Origin: Alphaproteobacteria bacterium
GTDB lineage: Bacteria; Pseudomonadota; Alphaproteobacteria; CAAHEQ01; UBA3637
Assembly (NCBI GenBank): GCA_045532865.1
Contig: JAZSGT010000025.1
Location: 1 to 54,865 of the forward strand
Direction: 5' to 3'
Length of the DNA stretch: 54,865 nt
Part shown: piece by piece, positions 18,348 through 26,575 of the stretch
Layout: each line of letters begins with the position of its first letter
How positions within the stretch are numbered: the stretch's first letter is position 1
Notes under the pieces: model-generated
Seen by the model: the letters and a program-made list of their open reading frames with translations, nothing else
What the model was told of the DNA's origin: nothing
The model's database searches: none
Program-made: the position numbers and the translations under genes

Positions 18348-21300
18348 ATGAAATACAGATTAGGTCTAGATATGGGGGCAACATCTATTGGATGGGCTGT
18401 TTTTGATATTGAAAACAAAACACTTGTGAAAACAGGGGTTCGTATTTTTGATGATGGGCGTGAGGATAAAAGTAAAGCATCATTGTGTGTAAAAAGACGT
18501 GATGCAAGAGGGGCAAGACGTCGCCAAAATAGAAAAGTGATACAAAAAAAGGTACTTTTGAAAAAACTGGTTGACTTTGGTTTATTCCCTGTTGATAAAA
18601 ATGAACAGCAAAATTTGAAAAATCTTAATCCATATGAATTAAGAGCAAAAGCTTTGGATGAAAAAATTTCATTATTTGAGTTGGGACGTATTTGTTTTAA
18701 CCTTGTTCAAAGAAAGGGATTTTTATCAAATCGTAAAGATGATAAATCTGAAGGGGGTAAATTAAAAGAGGGTTATCAAAAATTAAAAGATGAAATGAGT
18801 GAAAATAATTGTCGCACATATGGTGAATATTTATATAAAAAATATCCAAATGTTCGACTAAAAAATACATTTGATGAAACAGGAAAATTTATAGGTGGAT
18901 TATTTCCTTTTAGAGAAATATACAAACAAGAATTTGATTGTATATTTGAAAAGCAACGTACTTTTTATCCTTCTATTTTAACAGATAGTGTTATACAACA
19001 TATTCAAGAAGTTTTGTTTTTTCAGCGACCATTGAAAGAGACAGAAGAAGGTGTTTGTACCTTTGAGGAAAATGAAAAATGTATTGCAAAAGCTCATCCC
19101 TTGTTTCAGTCATTTAGAATTTGGCAACAAATTGTTTCTTTGACATTTTCGGGGGAAATAGATTCTGAATACAATCAGTTAACAAAGGAGCGATTAGAAA
19201 AACTTGCTTATATTGCCGAACATCCGGCTAATTTTATTTCGACCAAAAAACGAGTAATAGCATATTCAAATATTAAATCTTGGCTAGAATTGGATAAAAA
19301 GGGTTACTTTAATTATGAAAAGCAAAAAAGTAATACAGAATTAGCAGAAGGTGTTTTGGTGAATACAACGGAATATGCAATTTCTCAATCACAATATTTT
19401 AAGGATTTTTGGAATGCTTTTGATGAAGATACAAAGGGTGAAATTATTAATATATTATCTCGTCCTCAAAGGTATATTGATTTTTCAAAAACAAAATTAT
19501 CAATAGAAAAACAAGATGAATTAATTAAAAATTATTTAAAAAAGCGTTTCCATCTTTCTGAAGATGCAGCAAATGAATTATTATATGAAATTAATTTAGA
19601 AGATGGTTTTTCATCTTTGTCACAAAAGGCAATCTCAAAAATTTTACCATTTATGATGCATGGGCAATTATATTCTGATGCATGTGAGTCTGCTGGATAT
19701 CATCATTCTGTTAAAGAGTATACAAAAAGAGATTTTCTGCCATATTATGGTGAAATATTGGCTCAAAGTTGTTTAGGGAAGAAGCCTAATCCTAAAACAG
19801 AGGAAGAAAGATATGGCAAGATTAATAATGCAACAGTTCATGTTGCCCTTAATCAGATGAGGCATTTGGTTAACGAATTGATATCATTGTATGGTAAGCC
19901 ATTTGACATTTCTATTGAATATGCAAGAGATTTACCAGCTTCAACTGCAGAACGTAAAAAATTGATTCAAACACGCGATAGTAATGAGGCTGAAAATCAA
20001 AAGATTATTGATGAATTGAATAAAAAAATTGAACCAAGGAATTGGTCAAAAAAAGATATTGAAAAGTATAAAATCTGGAAAAATCTTGGTACACCAAAGG
20101 GGGCGAATCCATTAGAGTGTCGGGAATGTCCTTTTACAGGTGAGAAAATATCAGTTTCGGCTTTAATGAATGGTGATTTGTTCCAAGTAGAGCATTTAAT
20201 CCCATTTTCAAGATGTTTTGATGACAGCATTCATAATAAAGTGATAGCTTCAGCAATGGCGAACAAATATAAAGGAGCAAAAACGCCTTACGAAGCTTTT
20301 CACGAAAGTAAAGACGGATTTGATTGGAGAGAAATTCAAAAACGTGCCAAAAAATTAAATTTGGAACAACAATGGCGATTTTCTAAAAATGCAATGATAA
20401 AGTTTGAGGAAAAAGAGGGTCCAATTGCGAGATCTCTTAATGATACAAGATATATGACAAGATTGTTGCAACAATATTTGTTGCCGATTGTGCATGAAGA
20501 TGGTAGCAAAACCGTACAAGCAGTTGTGGGGCAATTAACATCAATGGTTAGAAAATCATGGGGTTTAAATCAATATAAAAATAAAGAAGAAGCAGAAGCT
20601 TATCGTGCCTTACATAATCATCATGCTATGGATGCAGTTGTTGTTTCAGCAATTGATAGAGGGCAAATTGAAAAGGTATCTAGAGATTTAAAAAAGATGT
20701 CAGATTTTGTTATTGATCGTTTTAAAGATGACTTATTTAAATTCAAAGATACAAGTGTTTCAAAAGAAGAAAAAGCTGAGTTGAAGAAAAAAATTAAGGA
20801 TTTTATCAGGGATAAAAAAGAAGGTATCGTGAATGAATATATTCAAATGCCAGAGGGAATGGTTGTATCGGCATTGCGAACGCTTGTTGAAAATATTAAT
20901 ATTTCACATAAACCTAAACTTAAAAAATTAACTGATTCTCATTCAACGATAGGTAAATTGCATGAAGACACAGCCTATGGTTTTAAAGAGTTTATTGATG
21001 ATGTATCTTTAAAAGCAAAATTTAAGTGTGGAGAAAAGATTGTTGATAAAGAGATTGTTGAATATATTCCAATGTTTTATAATAAAGATGATAAGAAGGC
21101 ATATTATGATGCTTATAAAGCATGGTTTATATTAGATGGAAAAGCCAAAACATTAGATGCAAAAACAAAAGAAGAAAAACAAATCAAAAAAGAATTGGAA
21201 AGACAAGAAAAAGAGGCTATCCAATTATTACGGGAATCTTCTTTGAAAGCGTTTAAATGGTTTGTTGGTGGAGGTAATTTTTGTGCTGAGATTTATGAAA

Positions 21301-21764
21301 TTAATCCTCAAAACAAAATCAGAGGCGTTGTAACAAAAGATGGGGGTGTTTGGAAGGGTGAAATTGTTTCAAATTATAATGCCACTATTCGAAATGAAAG
21401 AGGTGAAAAAATCTCTTATTGGCAATATAAATACCCAAATGCAAAACGGATTATGTCATTAAAACGGAATGACATGGTGCTGGGAACTTTTACACGTGAA
21501 GAGGCGTATCAAGATGATTTTCCTTTGGGTATTCAAAATTATGTAAGAAGCATTTTTGAAAAAGATGATACACTTATTGAAACTAATGTTTTGTTTAGAG
21601 TGAAGAAAATTGGGGGAAATGGGCAAATTGCATTAACGCCCCATGATATTGCTAAAGAAGAAAAAAACACAAAATCGTGGGTTGGGACAGCAATATCATT
21701 ACAAAAATATAGAGCAAAAAAAGTTTTTGTTTCACCAACAGGGAGAATTTTAAATGCCAAATAG
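18348..21764 (+). CDS. cas9: Cas9 endonuclease, type II-C-like (1138 aa)
   Basis: The expected Cas9 motifs are present: RuvC-I MKYRLGLDMGATSIGWAV; Arg-rich bridge helix RRDARGARRRQNRK; RuvC-II ISIEYARDL; HNH QVEHLIPFSRCFDDSIHNKVIASAMANKYKGAKTPYEAF; RuvC-III HNHHAMDAVVV. The ATG at 18348 has GAGGG upstream. The ORF-track TTG at 18282 is rejected as the start. Confidence 0.95.
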   Translation: MKYRLGLDMGATSIGWAVFDIENKTLVKTGVRIFDDGREDKSKASLCVKRRDARGARRRQNRKVIQKKVLLKKLVDFGLFPVDKNEQQNLKNLNPYELRAKALDEKISLFELGRICFNLVQRKGFLSNRKDDKSEGGKLKEGYQKLKDEMSENNCRTYGEYLYKKYPNVRLKNTFDETGKFIGGLFPFREIYKQEFDCIFEKQRTFYPSILTDSVIQHIQEVLFFQRPLKETEEGVCTFEENEKCIAKAHPLFQSFRIWQQIVSLTFSGEIDSEYNQLTKERLEKLAYIAEHPANFISTKKRVIAYSNIKSWLELDKKGYFNYEKQKSNTELAEGVLVNTTEYAISQSQYFKDFWNAFDEDTKGEIINILSRPQRYIDFSKTKLSIEKQDELIKNYLKKRFHLSEDAANELLYEINLEDGFSSLSQKAISKILPFMMHGQLYSDACESAGYHHSVKEYTKRDFLPYYGEILAQSCLGKKPNPKTEEERYGKINNATVHVALNQMRHLVNELISLYGKPFDISIEYARDLPASTAERKKLIQTRDSNEAENQKIIDELNKKIEPRNWSKKDIEKYKIWKNLGTPKGANPLECRECPFTGEKISVSALMNGDLFQVEHLIPFSRCFDDSIHNKVIASAMANKYKGAKTPYEAFHESKDGFDWREIQKRAKKLNLEQQWRFSKNAMIKFEEKEGPIARSLNDTRYMTRLLQQYLLPIVHEDGSKTVQAVVGQLTSMVRKSWGLNQYKNKEEAEAYRALHNHHAMDAVVVSAIDRGQIEKVSRDLKKMSDFVIDRFKDDLFKFKDTSVSKEEKAELKKKIKDFIRDKKEGIVNEYIQMPEGMVVSALRTLVENINISHKPKLKKLTDSHSTIGKLHEDTAYGFKEFIDDVSLKAKFKCGEKIVDKEIVEYIPMFYNKDDKKAYYDAYKAWFILDGKAKTLDAKTKEEKQIKKELERQEKEAIQLLRESSLKAFKWFVGGGNFCAEIYEINPQNKIRGVVTKDGGVWKGEIVSNYNATIRNERGEKISYWQYKYPNAKRIMSLKRNDMVLGTFTREEAYQDDFPLGIQNYVRSIFEKDDTLIETNVLFRVKKIGGNGQIALTPHDIAKEEKNTKSWVGTAISLQKYRAKKVFVSPTGRILNAK

Positions 21765-22653
21765 GATTATAGAACTTATGAGTGATGGACTGAAAGTGTC
21801 AGTTAATAGAGGCTTTTTGCACGTTGAAAAAGAAGGGAATGTTCTAGCGAACATTCCCTTTAATTCTATCTTATCTTTGGTTGTAACGGGGCATCAAATT
21901 ATTTATACCGACAATCTACTTAGACGTTTATGTGAAGAAAATATCCCACTCATTATTTTGGGGAAAAATTATCTTCCCACTGGGATGCTATATTCTTTTG
22001 AGGGACACCATAAGCAGATGGAAATACAGCATCTGCAAATTGAACAAAAAAAGCCATTATACAAAAAACTTTGGCAATCTATTATTCAAGAAAAGATTAA
22101 AAATCAGTCAAAAGTTTTGGATTATTTTGGACTAGAAAATCCAATTAAAGAAATTTCAAAACATGTATTGTCAGGAGATACGGATAACAAAGAAGGTTAT
22201 GCTGCGAAACTCTATTTTAAAAGTTTGTTTGGGAATAATTTTGTGCGTAATCGCGAATTAGATGGTGTGAATGCTTATTTAAATTATGGATACGCTGTTT
22301 TACGTTCAGCTCTGGCTAGATATGTTGTTGCGAGTGGATTAAATCCCTCTTATGGTATTAATCATCACAATAAGCTTAACCCTTTTTGTTTGGTGGATGA
22401 TTTAATTGAGCCATTTAGACCTGTTGTTGATAAAATTGTTTTTGGGTTTTTTATTCAAAAAAAGATTTTATCCGAATTAACAAGGGATGATAAGGCTGTG
22501 TTTTCAGCTTTGCTTATGGAAGAATTTAAAACAAAAGAGGGATATTCTCCGTTTTATGTTATTTTGCAAGAATGTGTATGGGATTTGGTTAAAAGTTATA
22601 AAAAAGAAAAGTCTTGTTTTGATTTTGACCCATATTTGATTAGTGATGATTAA
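21754..22653 (+). CDS. cas1: CRISPR-associated endonuclease Cas1 (type II)
   Basis: 299 aa with NYGYAVLRSALARYVVASGLNPSYGINHHNKLNPFCLVDDLIEPFRP. It overlaps the cas9 3' end by 11 nt. Confidence 0.95.
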   Translation: MPNRIIELMSDGLKVSVNRGFLHVEKEGNVLANIPFNSILSLVVTGHQIIYTDNLLRRLCEENIPLIILGKNYLPTGMLYSFEGHHKQMEIQHLQIEQKKPLYKKLWQSIIQEKIKNQSKVLDYFGLENPIKEISKHVLSGDTDNKEGYAAKLYFKSLFGNNFVRNRELDGVNAYLNYGYAVLRSALARYVVASGLNPSYGINHHNKLNPFCLVDDLIEPFRPVVDKIVFGFFIQKKILSELTRDDKAVFSALLMEEFKTKEGYSPFYVILQECVWDLVKSYKKEKSCFDFDPYLISDD

Positions 22654-22990
22654 AATGAAAGAAAAATTAAATGGAAGAAAACTCATGTGGATGATGGTTA
22701 TGTTTGATTTGCCAACAGAGACAAAAGCACAAAGAAAATCAGCAACAAAATTTCGTAAATTTTTGATGGATGAAGGTTTTGAAATGGTACAATTTTCAGT
22801 TTATGTTCAATTCACAGGGACATGGGAAAGCTCACAAAAATTTGTGAGAGCTATTCAACAAAATAATCCCACATATGGAGATGTGAATATTTTGTTTTTC
22901 ACCGATAAACAATTTGAAAGTATTATCCACATTAAAAATAGTGAGAAAAAAAAGTTAAAAAAACAGCCTGATCAATTTGAATTATTCTAA
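22643..22990 (+). CDS. cas2: CRISPR-associated endoribonuclease Cas2
   Basis: About 110 aa (MWMMVMFDLPTETKAQRKSATKFRKFLMDEGFEMVQFSVYVQF). It overlaps the cas1 stop. Alternative ATG starts at 22646 and 22655 are possible. Confidence 0.9.
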   Translation: MMIKMKEKLNGRKLMWMMVMFDLPTETKAQRKSATKFRKFLMDEGFEMVQFSVYVQFTGTWESSQKFVRAIQQNNPTYGDVNILFFTDKQFESIIHIKNSEKKKLKKQPDQFELF

Positions 22991-23115
22991 AATTGATGAA
23001 ATTTGATTGCGAATCGGAGTGAGAAAACGAATTAATTTGATGAAAAATGATAAGAAAATATATTTAAAAAAATGAATTTTTTAAGTGAAAACTGAGGGTG
23101 AAAATAGTGTTTTTT

Positions 23116-23161
23116 AAAATAAAAATGCTTAATTTTGATTTAAAAATCAATATATTAAGCA
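23116..23161 (-). terminator. Minus-strand intrinsic terminator between CRISPR array and cas2
   Basis: Hairpin TGCTTAAT..TTGAT...ATCAA..ATTAAGCA (23126-23161). On the minus strand it is followed by TTTTTATTTT (23125-23116). There is no T-run on the plus-strand side. Confidence 0.55.
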
Positions 23162-23166
23162 CTTAT

Positions 23167-24915
23167 ATTGTAGCATATTGGTTTTGATTGTCAAGTTGCA
23201 ACGAAAAAGGTTATGAGGTTTTAAACGAGATTATTGTAGCATATTGGTTTTGATTGTCAAGTTGCAACTATGAAACGATAAAAGAGTCTCCCTTTTTGAT
23301 TGTAGCATATTGGTTTTGATTGTCAAGTTGCAACGAAGTTTCATAGAATATTTTATATCTTTTTATTGTAGCATATTGGTTTTGATTGTCAAGTTGCAAC
23401 TCTTTTGTTAAAGGAAATTGAAGAATATTTATTGTAGCATATTGGTTTTGATTGTCAAGTTGCAACAAAGGGGTGGTCGGCGAATATGGCGAATAAATTG
23501 TAGCATATTGGTTTTGATTGTCAAGTTGCCACGCCTGCCTCTTGTGCTTCAAGTTCGGCTATATTGTAGCATATTGGTTTTGATTGTCAAGTTGCAACGG
23601 GTGGTATTCTAATTCCCCTTCTTGAATTATTGTAGCATATTGGTTTTGATTGTCAAGTTGCAACCCAAAAATACACCATGGCAGATGTAATTAAATTGTA
23701 GCATATTGGTTTTGATTGTCAAGTTGCAACCATCCCGCATTTGCAACCGAACCTTTCTGCATTGTAGCATATTGGTTTTGATTGTCAAGTTGCAACTTAT
23801 TGCTTGATTCTTTTAATGAAGCCGCAATTGTAGCATATTGGTTTTGATTGTCAAGTTGCAACAAATATCTAGATACATGCCTACGCCTAAACATTGTAGC
23901 ATATTGGTTTTGATTGTCAAGTTGCAACCCAAAGTCGTTGAGCCTCAATTTGTTGCATATTGTAGCATATTGGTTTTGATTGTCAAGTTGCAACTAATGT
24001 TCTGACTCATATGGCTGTCATCAAATTGTAGCATATTGGTTTTGATTGTCAAGTTGCAACTTTTTCCCTTCCGTAAATGTCGAATCGTGATTGTAGCATA
24101 TTGGTTTTGATTGTCAAGTTGCAACGATTGACCTTATTAAGCGTGAGTTAAGAAAATTGTAGCATATTGGTTTTGATTGTCAAGTTGCAACTGATGATGG
24201 CTGATGGTGATGAGGCTGCGAATTGTAGCATATTGGTTTTGATTGTCAAGTTGCAACGTACCACGCTAAGTTGAGGTGTTTCATTGGATTGTAGCATATT
24301 GGTTTTGATTGTCAAGTTGCAACGTCCCCTCTTTCAAGTTTTTCAATATAGCATTGTAGCATATTGGTTTTGATTGTCAAGTTGCAACTCAACAATGTCC
24401 TTCTCGTTCGTAAATTCATTGTAGCATATTGGTTTTGATTGTCAAGTTGCAACTAACATTAGCAATCATTGCCTTAATGTTGGATTGTAGCATATTGGTT
24501 TTGATTGTCAAGTTGCAACCGAGTCAGCGTTAAATAAACCGGATTCATAATTGTAGCATATTGGTTTTGATTGTCAAGTTGCAACCGTTAATGTGTCGCA
24601 GTCTATTTTTTACATATTGTAGCATATTGGTTTTGATTGTCAAGTTGCAACGATTGGTTGTGCGGCTTCATTAAAAGAATCATTGTAGCATATTGGTTTT
24701 GATTGTCAAGTTGCAACCGCCTTTATTGCTTTGAAGAATTGCCCTGTATTGTAGCATATTGGTTTTGATTGTCAAGTTGCAACGTACGCACCCGTGAAGT
24801 TACGAGTCGCATTATTGTAGCATATTGGTTTTGATTGTCAAGTTGCAACTTAAACTGGAAAAGACTCCTTGTCTTTTCAATTGTAGCATATTGGTTTTGA
24901 TTGTCAATTTGAGTA
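23167..24915 (-). CRISPR. CRISPR array: 27 x 36-nt repeats, 26 spacers
   Basis: The plus-strand repeat is ATTGTAGCATATTGGTTTTGATTGTCAAGTTGCAAC. Repeat starts: 23167, 23233, 23299, 23365, 23431, 23497, 23563, 23629, 23695, 23761, 23827, 23893, 23959, 24025, 24090, 24156, 24222, 24288, 24353, 24418, 24484, 24550, 24616, 24682, 24748, 24814, 24880. Spacers are 30 nt, except spacers 14, 18 and 19 at 29 nt. Repeat 6 has one SNP (23530 A>C), and the last repeat is degenerate in its final 8 nt. The minus strand is inferred from the repeat polarity (GTTG...CTACAAT), the tracrRNA orientation, the embedded promoters and the terminator position. Confidence 0.97.
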
Positions 24916-25113
24916 GATTGTTTTCACTGCGATAATGAAAAAGAGTGTTTGTAAATTTTAATGGTTTAATGTGTTGCTTCTTTTTTGTGAGTAAACGAGT
25001 CTTTTTTCTTAAATCTTTTTGTTAAAAATGAAAGATAATAATTTACTTTTGAAAGTTTTTTTTCTATAATAACACTAAATGTAAGTTTTTTTATAATTTT
25101 TAAGGAGAAAGAT

Positions 25114-25437
25114 ATGCGCAATATTGGCGATTTAATGAAAAAAGCTCAAATGGTTCAATCTCAAATGACAATCCTTCAAACAAAGATGGAAAAACAAGAA
25201 TTTGCAGGTGAAGCTGCAAATGGTGCTGTTAAAGTTGTTGTAACAGGGAAACATTTGCCAATTTCTGTTTCAATTAATCCAGCTATTGTTGATCCTCAGG
25301 ATACGGAAACATTGGAAGATTTGGTTTTAATCGCTATGCGTTCTGCATACGAAAATGTTGAAAAAACAATGGCTGCAGAAATGGAACGTATTCAATCTTC
25401 ATTAGGCTTGCCTTCAGGCTTTAAAATGCCATTTTAA
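25114..25437 (+). CDS. ybaB: Nucleoid-associated protein YbaB/EbfC family
   Basis: 107 aa (NIGDLMKKAQMVQSQM...GAVKVVVTGKH...). SD AAGGAG lies upstream, and recR follows. Confidence 0.9.
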   Translation: MRNIGDLMKKAQMVQSQMTILQTKMEKQEFAGEAANGAVKVVVTGKHLPISVSINPAIVDPQDTETLEDLVLIAMRSAYENVEKTMAAEMERIQSSLGLPSGFKMPF

Positions 25438-25446
25438 AGGTTTGAG

Positions 25447-26040
25447 ATGGCTGCTCCAGAATTAGAACAACTCATTAGTTTGCTTTCAAAATTGCCTGCG
25501 TTGGGACCTCGGTCTGCAAGGCGGGCAGTTTTGTCATTGTTGAAACAAAAAGAAAGTAAATTTGCCCCACTAGTGGCTTCAATGCAAACGGTTTTGGAAC
25601 GGGTTCAACCTTGTCCACAATGTGGAAATATGGATACGAGTGTTCCTTGCTCTGTTTGTTCTGATCTGAAAAGAGATTCTTCAATTGTCTGTGTTGTTCA
25701 AGATGTTGCAGATTTGTGGGCTCTTGAACGGGCCGGTGTATTTAAGGGTGTATATCATGTGTTGGGCGGTGTTCTTTCTGCTTTGGATGGTATAGGACCT
25801 GATGAACTTAAGATTGAAGAATTAATTGAACGTATCACAACAAAAAATGTTAAAGAAATAATTTTAGCCCTTCCAGCTTCTGTTGAAGGGCAAACAACTG
25901 TTCATTATCTTTCGGATAAATTGAAAGATTATGATGTGAATATTTCAACGCTTTCTAGAGGTGTTCCTGTTGGAGGAGAGTTGGATTATTTAGATGATGG
26001 AACGCTACAGCTGGCATTTAAGGCAAGGCGAAATGTATAG
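25447..26040 (+). CDS. recR: Recombination protein RecR
   Basis: 197 aa with an N-terminal HhH, the Cys4 zinc finger CPQCGNMDTSVPCSVCSD and a Toprim-like region. Confidence 0.95.
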   Translation: MAAPELEQLISLLSKLPALGPRSARRAVLSLLKQKESKFAPLVASMQTVLERVQPCPQCGNMDTSVPCSVCSDLKRDSSIVCVVQDVADLWALERAGVFKGVYHVLGGVLSALDGIGPDELKIEELIERITTKNVKEIILALPASVEGQTTVHYLSDKLKDYDVNISTLSRGVPVGGELDYLDDGTLQLAFKARRNV

Positions 26041-26048
26041 GTGAAACA

Positions 26049-26243
26049 ATGGAAGATATAAAAAAAGCAGTCGCAAATTTAGAGCAAGCAGTTGTAAAGT
26101 TAGAAACGGCTTTATATCAAACAAAAAAAGATAAAGAGCAGGCTATTGATAAGGTGACTGAACTTAAAAATGTTATCCGTAAAACATATATGAGAATAGA
26201 TAATGCATTGGGGACATTTCACCAAAATCAGGGAGGTGAATAA
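26049..26243 (+). CDS. Small coiled-coil protein upstream of zapA (function unknown)
   Basis: 64-aa heptad-rich ORF whose stop overlaps the zapA start (ATAATG). Its position resembles the small coiled-coil genes that precede zapA in alphaproteobacteria. Confidence 0.5.
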   Translation: MEDIKKAVANLEQAVVKLETALYQTKKDKEQAIDKVTELKNVIRKTYMRIDNALGTFHQNQGGE

Positions 26244-26575
26244 TGGCTGTTGTATCATTAAAAATTGGAGGACGTTATTATAAATTTTCTTGTGCAGATG
26301 GGCAAGAAGGATACATGGCTACTTTGGCTGAAAATTTGGATGCAAGAGCTGAAAAATTGTTAAAATCAATTGGGTTTATGCAAGAGGGTCAATTGCTTGC
26401 AATGCTTTGCTTATTATTGGCTGAAGAAAAAAATCAACTTGAGAAAAATGTACAAGTCGAAGCGTTTATGGAAAATCAACGTCAAATTACAGAGTCGTTG
26501 AATAATTTATCGGTGAAAGTTTTGGCTCTGGCTGATGGATTAATGGAAGAAAAGACTAAAGAAGAATCAGTATGA
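26243..26575 (+). CDS. zapA: Cell division protein ZapA-like
   Basis: 110 aa. VSLKIGGRYYKFSCADGQEGYMATLAENLDARAEKL resembles the ZapA N-terminal domain. Confidence 0.7.
   Translation: MAVVSLKIGGRYYKFSCADGQEGYMATLAENLDARAEKLLKSIGFMQEGQLLAMLCLLLAEEKNQLEKNVQVEAFMENQRQITESLNNLSVKVLALADGLMEEKTKEESV

Noticed and set aside
23268-23993. ORF-track ORFs 23268-23552 (-), 23418-23612 (+) and 23691-23993 (-), which have repetitive translations (LQLDNQNQYATI... and CSILVLIVKLQ...).
   Set aside because: They lie entirely within the CRISPR array. The periodic peptide is simply the translated 36-nt repeat, so these are not genes.
23167-24915. Plus-strand transcription of the array, co-directional with cas9-cas1-cas2 and using 22991-23166 as a conventional leader or promoter.
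   Set aside because: Four points argue against it. The repeat polarity (GTTG...CTACAAT) is minus-strand. The embedded -35 and extended -10 are on the minus strand. The only anti-repeat, with a proper promoter and terminator, is oriented for minus-strand crRNA. The hairpin at 23126-23161 has its T-run only on the minus strand. A plus-strand transcript cannot be excluded without RNA data.
24916-25113. A possible SRP (4.5S) RNA or other ncRNA in the 198-nt gap between the array and ybaB. Similar possibilities are tRNA, rRNA, transposase or integrase genes flanking the CRISPR-cas block.
   Set aside because: I could not find a conserved SRP RNA motif, a tRNA cloverleaf, or mobile-element ORFs or inverted repeats by eye. 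The gap looks like an ordinary AT-rich promoter region for ybaB.
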